64,000 bases of DNA from Lama glama (Eukaryota), in NCBI GenBank assembly GCA_028534125.1, contig CM052817.1, positions 59,584,001 to 59,648,000 on the forward strand, in the 5' to 3' direction. The notes beneath the pieces are model-generated. The model was not told the origin of the DNA. It did not search any database and worked only from the letters and a program-made list of their open reading frames with translations. Within the stretch, counting starts at the first letter, position 1; every line of letters starts with the position of its first letter. Positions 63,900-64,000 of the stretch are shown here, one piece after another. The position numbers and the translations under genes are program-made.

Positions 63900-64000
63900 A
63901 GACACTGTCATTTATTCCTCACAATGACCATGAGAAAGATATTGATTTTATGGATAGGGAAACTGAGGCATAAAAAGATTGGCTTAAGATAAAAGTGACA
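63900..64000 (-). mobile_element. MIR SINE (runs off window)
   Basis: tcatttattcctcacaatgaccatgag...attttatggatagggaaactgaggcat. Confidence 0.8.

Noticed and set aside
1..64000. CRISPR array, operon, rRNA/snRNA gene, NUMT or non-retroviral viral insert
   Set aside because: I saw no regularly spaced repeats, gene-dense ORFs or recognisable structural-RNA, mitochondrial or viral sequence. A weak, old insert could still escape reading by eye.

Overview
AT-rich, CpG-poor placental-mammal genomic DNA (intergenic or inside a large intron), most likely camelid: three tRNA-Ala-derived SINEs match the camelid Vic-1 type as I recall it. I can support no intact protein-coding gene. The only gene-derived sequence I recognise is a disabled, intronless PPDPF retrocopy (14172-~14790, +), which keeps many CpGs and a 117-codon frameshifted ORF from the original ATG. 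Much of the rest is a layered fossil record of L1 (three 5'-inverted copies, two ~40-bp mini-insertions with TSDs, one apparent self-nested insertion), L2, MIR, MaLR/ERVL LTRs and hAT-Charlie MERs. The non-repeat stretches carry several well-formed minus-strand splice-site pairs and homeobox/RUNX motif clusters; these are hypotheses only. Repeat subfamily names come from remembered consensus sequences and boundaries are approximate unless a TSD is quoted. I see no convincing evidence of a wholly new biological system. The best leads are the retrocopy, a possible antisense spliced transcript running away from it, and a ~130-bp duplication flanking an L1MC.
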